A DNA stretch of 64,000 bases from the human T2T-CHM13v2.0 reference genome, Homo sapiens, in assembly GCF_009914755.1 (NCBI RefSeq), contig NC_060936.1. One strand, written 5' to 3'. Below, one piece after another: positions 57,860-64,000 of this stretch (position 1 is its first letter; every line of letters begins with the position of its first letter). The position numbers and the translations under genes are program-made. Below the pieces are notes generated by a model. That model saw nothing but the letters and a program-made list of their open reading frames with translations, had not been told where the DNA came from and did not search any database.

Positions 57860-58080
57860 ACCATATAGCTGAGGGTTCTGAGCTTAGGGAGACAGGTTCC
57901 AATTACTGGCTGTAGGTCTTTGGGATGATGACTTAACTAAGCCTACTTCCTTATTTGTAAATGTGGGAAGCGCCTACTTTATAGAACTGTAAAGATCAAA
58001 GAACAGCATGCGTGCCAAACCTTTAGTACTGTAGCTAACACAGAAGTGTTTGATAAAAGTTACCCATGGTTATTATTTTT
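57860..58080 (+). mobile_element. MIR
   Basis: ttccttatttgtaaatg ... cctacttt atagaactgt. Confidence 0.65.
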
Positions 58081-59059
58081 ACTAAAAAGACCTTTAAAAG
58101 TACTATGAAGGGTTTCTGTTTCTAAATTCTAAGATATATAGTAGTCATGAACATTTCAGAAAGGCAATGTTATTTTCAAATCAGTTTCACAGTTTTCTTG
58201 AGGCGGATAAGCAGTTCTTCCCTTAGCAAAATAAGAACTTTTGATTATGCAATGAAAGAGAATCAAAGTCAGTACTGATTCCAGCTACCTTTTCTTTATT
58301 TTCTGTGAGAAATTGAGCAAGTTACTTGCCACAGTGATGTTTTTCATTTTTATAGAGAATAAAAAATAAATGAATTAGGTTTGAATTTCAGTGGGAAATA
58401 ATTAGGTTAGATGTAAGAACGCTCTGATTGTAAGGCTGCCAAGCAGATGAGAGGGACTCCTTTGTCACCATTAGGAGACTGTGCCAGAGGAGCTTTTTCT
58501 TTTGGGCCTCTTGAGGCTACTTCAGGCGTCCTGGGAACCCATCTAGATGCACCTTAAACCTGGACTTCAACCCTGACTCCTGTGATGGCATCTTCGCCAG
58601 GATGACATGGTAAGGTGGTGATAAGGACGGAGATAAGACTGGCTGCCATTCAACGTTGGTTAGTCTTCCTGTTCATGTAGAAAGCATTCTGATACTTTTT
58701 TCCTATTTAGATAAGTAAATGAAGACAGCATAAGATAGACAACACATATTTTAAATAGTCTGAAATAATTGCATAGATTTCCAACAGCTTATAAAACTCT
58801 TTAAAAAGCGTACAGAGCTGTTTGGGCAAGAAGGGCAGTTTGAATCAGGCACAGCAACACAGCCTTGTCTTTGTTAGAAGGTTAGACGAGTTGATCCTTT
58901 TAAGTTTCTTTAAAACAAGGAATTATAAAACCATTTAAGATTTACTAAGAATAAATAAGGTGATCATATAAGAGAAGACCAGTAATTATCTTGAGTTGCC
59001 TTTAGGAAGCTACAGATTTATTTTTGGCTTTAGCTTTGTTTAACTGACTCTGGTTGTAA

Positions 59060-59290
59060 AAAGTAGGCATGGTCATTAGAACAACAGCTCTAGAGTGAAC
59101 AGGGTTCACATCCCTGCTCTGACGTTTTCCAGTTGAGAGGCCTCTGGTAAATAACCTCTCTGTGCCCTGGTTTCCAGTTTCTAAAATGGAGAAATAGTAC
59201 CTACCTCATAGAGTTGTTGTGAAGATTACATAAGATAATGCACACAGTACTGCCTGGCACAGAGAAGGTGTTTTATAAATGGTATCCATG
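59060..59290 (+). mobile_element. MIR
   Basis: aacctctctgtgccctggtttcc ... aatagtacctacctcatagagttgttgtgaagatta. Confidence 0.88.
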
Positions 59291-59391
59291 ACAACAACAG
59301 TGGTGATAAGGATGGAGATAAGGATAATGCTTAGTTGATTTCCAGATAATCATGATCTAAGCTGGGAAATTTTCTTTCAAAGAGTAAATTG

Positions 59392-59708
<317 letters not shown>

Positions 59709-59999
59709 TTAAAAAGAAATGATATATGCTGGTCCAAATAAATAAACAATGAAGTATTAATGTCACATCTGAATAACAGAAAATCTTAGTTTGGAAAACT
59801 GTTTCTACTTACATTCTCAACTTTCGAGTCAGGTGACAGTAGTTTTGATTTGATCCTATTGATTTATAGGAAAGTGTCTACTTCTCATGTAATAAATATA
59901 GTTCCTGCATGAGCTAAAGCACACTCTTTTTCTTCTGTTGTATAAGTAGAAATTATGTAAATATTGGCATTATGGTATGATATCAGCTATTTAAAATGG

Positions 60000-61330
60000 C
60001 CTGTGATAGTTACATTGTTCAATTATAGTTGGAATCAAAGAATGAATTTTTCAATAGAAAAGTGGGCAACAGTCTTAAATCATGCAGCTTACAAAAGAAA
60101 TAGTTACGTAAAATATATAAAAATATGCTTAAGTAGTTGCAATCAAAGGAATGTATAAGCAAAACTAAAGTTTTTTTTTTAACCTTATCAAACTGACAAA
60201 AATTAAAAAGATGGACATTGCCTAGTGTTGGTGCTGTCATATAACTATTGATGGTCAATTGGTACTGTCTCTCTGGAAAGCAGTCTGGCCGTGTATATCA
60301 GAATTTTATATGCAAATGTTCTTTGACTCAACAATTGCACATCTGGAAGTATATAATAAGGAAATAAGAGAAAGAGTGCATAGTCTGAGATCCTTGATGT
60401 TTATTACAGCATAGCTAAAAATACCCCCTAAAAATGGAAGCCATTTAAACATCTGTTAGTGGGCATTAGTTTAAAACTATGGCGCTTAACAGAAGGTACA
60501 GTATGCTGATCGCTTAGTTTAAGAGAAACCAGGGTTCAAAAGCTGGCTTCACCATGTCTAGCTGTATGATCTTGGGTAAATAACTTAATCCAGCTAAGTC
60601 TCACTTTTCTCTTCTATAAATCAGAAGAGTGACACATGGTTTCTAAGGATGTCATGAGGATTAAGTGAAATGATACACATAAAGCACAGTGTCTAGCACA
60701 AAATAACTCAGTATATGTTAGCAACTATTATTACCATGTGCTTCTTAAAAAGGATGAAGTAGGTCCATTTGTATTAATATTGAAAAGTGTCTACAAGATC
60801 GTAGACACCTTTCAAAAAAGCAGTTTACACAATAGCTTATTTGTATTAAAACTGTATTAAAACTTATTTGTATTAATAGCCCACTTGTATTGAGACTATG
60901 TGTGCGTGTTTATGCATTAAAGTTTTGGAAGGACATAGCAACAGTTAACATTTAATGAGTACTTGACTGAGTCTTAGGCACTATTCTAAGGACTTTAACA
61001 CATATCAATCAGTCACTTGATTAAAATTAGTTATATGTTTTAAGTGCTTGGAACAATGCCTGTGCTTTATAAAACACTCGATAAACATTAGTTATTAATT
61101 TTCATATGCTGTCATTATCTCTGTTTTATAGATAAGAACACTGACACCCTGAGAGTTCTCACAGTTCATAAGTGGCAGAGCCAGAATTTAAATCCAGGGG
61201 GTGTAACTCCAGTCTCTCACTCAACAGTTAAAACTGGATATTATGGGAGGTAGGATTGTGAGGTCACTTTCACTTTGCAATTTGTATACTTATGGATATT
61301 TTCACATTTTTACATGAAACATTTTATTTT
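60000..61330 (+). mobile_element. L1ME-like 3' region interrupted by MIRs (~60520-60730 +, ~60950-61230 mixed)
   Basis: aattggtactgtctctctggaaagcagtctggc; tttgactcaacaattgcacatctgg; MIR core ctagctgtatgatcttgggtaaataacttaa. Confidence 0.7.
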
Positions 61331-64000
61331 TATATATGGGGCAGAAAATATCCAGTTTGGAAAGAAAATAGTGCATTTTTATATTTTAGAAATCTTTTTT
61401 CCCCTCTGTTATTCACTACCTATGGCATATTCCAGAGATCTGAATATATGTACACTTAGGTTGCCCTCATGCTAAGGGTCCTGAACAAGGAGTTCCCATG
61501 ACCTCATACACTGTATAAGATTTTGAGACCCTAACTTTGGGGCGCACAGCTAAATATACGTTTAGAAGTAGAGTCCCAGACTAAATCTACATTACTGAAT
61601 GGTAATCAACTTCTGTAATTGAAATCTTAATAGCTTTCAAGAAACCTTTAGTCATAATATTTTAGTTTCCAGCAAGTTTGGGATAAAATTGTCATTCTTT
61701 GGTCATCCGAAGAAAGCAGGCAGAAGCCAGTTGTTTGATCCACAGATCGGTAATTGTGAGATAGGAAGCAATGACTTAGTGTTAGATATGGACATGAGTG
61801 CTAGGGCTATTAGATGCTACATAATCCAGGACTCAGCGCTGGCTATCAGTGTTCTGATATCCAACTTTGCTGCAGGGGTAGTACAGTGTCCTGGAGTGGT
61901 CACTGCACTGTGGACTCTCAGCTAGAATGGGAGCTTCACCTGAAGGTTAGGTGACATGGACTAATCCAAGGTTTTCCACCAAATAGCTAAATGTCTTTGG
62001 GCCTCACTTCCATAAAATGAGGGAGATGGACTAGATAATATAGTCTCTCTCACTTAATGACAGATAAGATGGTCTGTATATCACTTAATGGTGACCACCT
62101 TCTGTAATTGAAATTGAATTCAAGTTTTGTGATTTTATCAGCCTTGCCTCTTGATGAACTAAATTTGCAATCTTAGACCTGTAGTAGAGTCTAGAAAATT
62201 GCTAAATAGAATTGAACTTATAAACTGATTTATGGGAGTGTTTGCCAGTGTGCTTACTTGAATTACAGGATATCCTTGATGACAACCAACTATACAATTT
62301 ACTTTTTATTCCATTTTAGGTATTTTTCCCCTCTCCTAGATTTGTTTTCCTAATAATCCGGAATTGTGTTCTAAAGATCACAAGTCAATAAAATGGTGTG
62401 GTCCTGTTCATTGCTTAGGTAGTAAGCTGTTCAGGTATTAATGATAAAGGTCATTACCACATAAAAATTTCCTTCCTGCCTCAAAGTTTTTTGTATTCTG
62501 GTATCTTAATGGGATGGATGCCTTCTGTTTTCTCATGGTTGCGGAAGTCAAGTGGTCTGTGTGTTTAACACAATATCTGAGTCTGATGAGTCACATGGTA
62601 TGTCTGCTTTTAGTTGGGAACAGTTTTTTTTGGTCAGTTGTGATGGTCAAAAAAGTCTCTTGGGAGAGTTTAAATGACTCAAAATAACCAAACATAGCTC
62701 ATAGCTACTTAGGTCTTAAAATTGTGAGCTTCGTGATACCATATTTTAATTTTAGTCTTGTCTAATTTTTGTACCCCCAAAGGACTGCTGCTTCTGGCTC
62801 TTAAGTTGTTAAAACATTAGTCTGATTTCTTTCAGGGGGTGGTTTTTATTTGAAAAGGAACAGCAAACAAAATAACACAGCAATTTAAAAATTAAAATTA
62901 AGAAATAAAAAAGGAATTGGTACAACTGAGAAATGCTTACAACTCTCTCCTGAAGCTGTTCAGTGATGCAGAAGCTTTGAATGCTTTGAATGAATGGGAA
63001 AATTAAAATTTGAGTTTATATTTGAAGTTTTTATTTTATATACTCACTTAAACTCAGTCTATTTTTCAAGTTTTGTTGTGTGTGCAAGTGTCTGCTTGGT
63101 CTGTCTGCCTCACTCTCTATCTCTCATTCCTATTCAAAGTTTACTTTTAAGAAAATGAAAAGCAAGTGTTCAAAGCTGCCCAAGCTTTGTATAGGTTTAT
63201 GTGTTCAGGCTGCTTCCCAAGCTTGCTCCTCCCCTTCCCTTTGCCAGGGTGTCCCTGCCTCTCACCACTCATCCTTTTCCTGCCTTGTCCATTCATCAGT
63301 TGTTCTCTGGTCACACCAAACCTTCACTTTTTAGCTCCAAATATGTATTTTGGACATACCGATGTTTTGAATCAGGCATTATCTCCCTTAAAACAGGCAA
63401 GGAAAGAGTAAAGGGGAGTGGGCATCTTCCTTAAAGCTAGAACATTTATTTTGTCTCTCTCTTCTTTGTATGATTTTGAAGGAGTATTTCCTTTATCTTA
63501 AATAAGACTTGAAGATAATTTAGCTAAGATTATTGTGCTGTCCTGCTTTTTGGTTTTGATATGGTCCTTTCTAGTCACCAGTGGAAAAGCTATTTGAGAA
63601 GAGAGTGATAGTTTGAGCCCTCGTAAATATGCCCAGGTAGGTATAAGCCACCAAAAAACTGTTGCCCTAAAAGCTCAAGATATGACTGGAAAACTTCTTC
63701 AAAATTTCCTTTATTATTCTCTGATTTGTCTTTAGTTTTGTTCCATGACATCCAACTTTTTTTTGCTGTTCTTTGCTGTTCTCCACTAAACCAGAACTAA
63801 GAATTTGGTTTATAGGAAAAAAAATTCGAGTACTGTGGTACCTGAAAAACCACCTCTAAGTGCTGAAAAGTGCAACTTGATTCCCCTTTACCCCTGCCCC
63901 CAAACATCCAGCACTCTCCCAGGATCACTCTTAAATGTTTTCTTTCTGCTTATAAAATGGTTGTTTTCCTATTATTGAAAATTTGGAAAATTCAAAAAGT

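Noticed and set aside
57659-57900. Processed pseudogene behind the T18 run
   Set aside because: No antisense poly(A) signal near the run, no ORF; better explained by an expanded Alu TSD

Overview
Anthropoid primate (most likely human or great ape) genomic DNA, judged from the Alu J/S/Y, L1PA and MER41 content. It comprises about 22 kb of repeat-rich upstream DNA, a TATA-less CpG-island promoter (~21.9-22.8 kb) and a non-coding first exon on the + strand. The exon ends at a perfect CAG|GTGAGT donor (22296/22297), followed by more than 41 kb of first intron with no recognisable coding exon. From memory only, the exon resembles the 5' UTR of STK38L (NDR2 kinase); this is tentative. None of the supplied ORFs looks like a host protein: they are Alu, L1 or VNTR artefacts or chance ORFs. 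The most notable observations are: (1) a colinear, nearly full-ORF2 CR1/L3 LINE fossil over ~6 kb of the intron; (2) a 1.4-kb two-period AT-rich minisatellite ~2.3 kb upstream of the promoter; (3) several small template-switch-like scars (an Alu micro-inversion with deletion, a 26-bp perfect palindrome, a hairpin in an old L1); (4) a MER41A-type LTR with PPT and internal sequence that lacks the STAT1/GAS block. I found no evidence of a new multi-gene biological system. Repeat subfamily calls are from recalled consensus sequences and boundaries are approximate.
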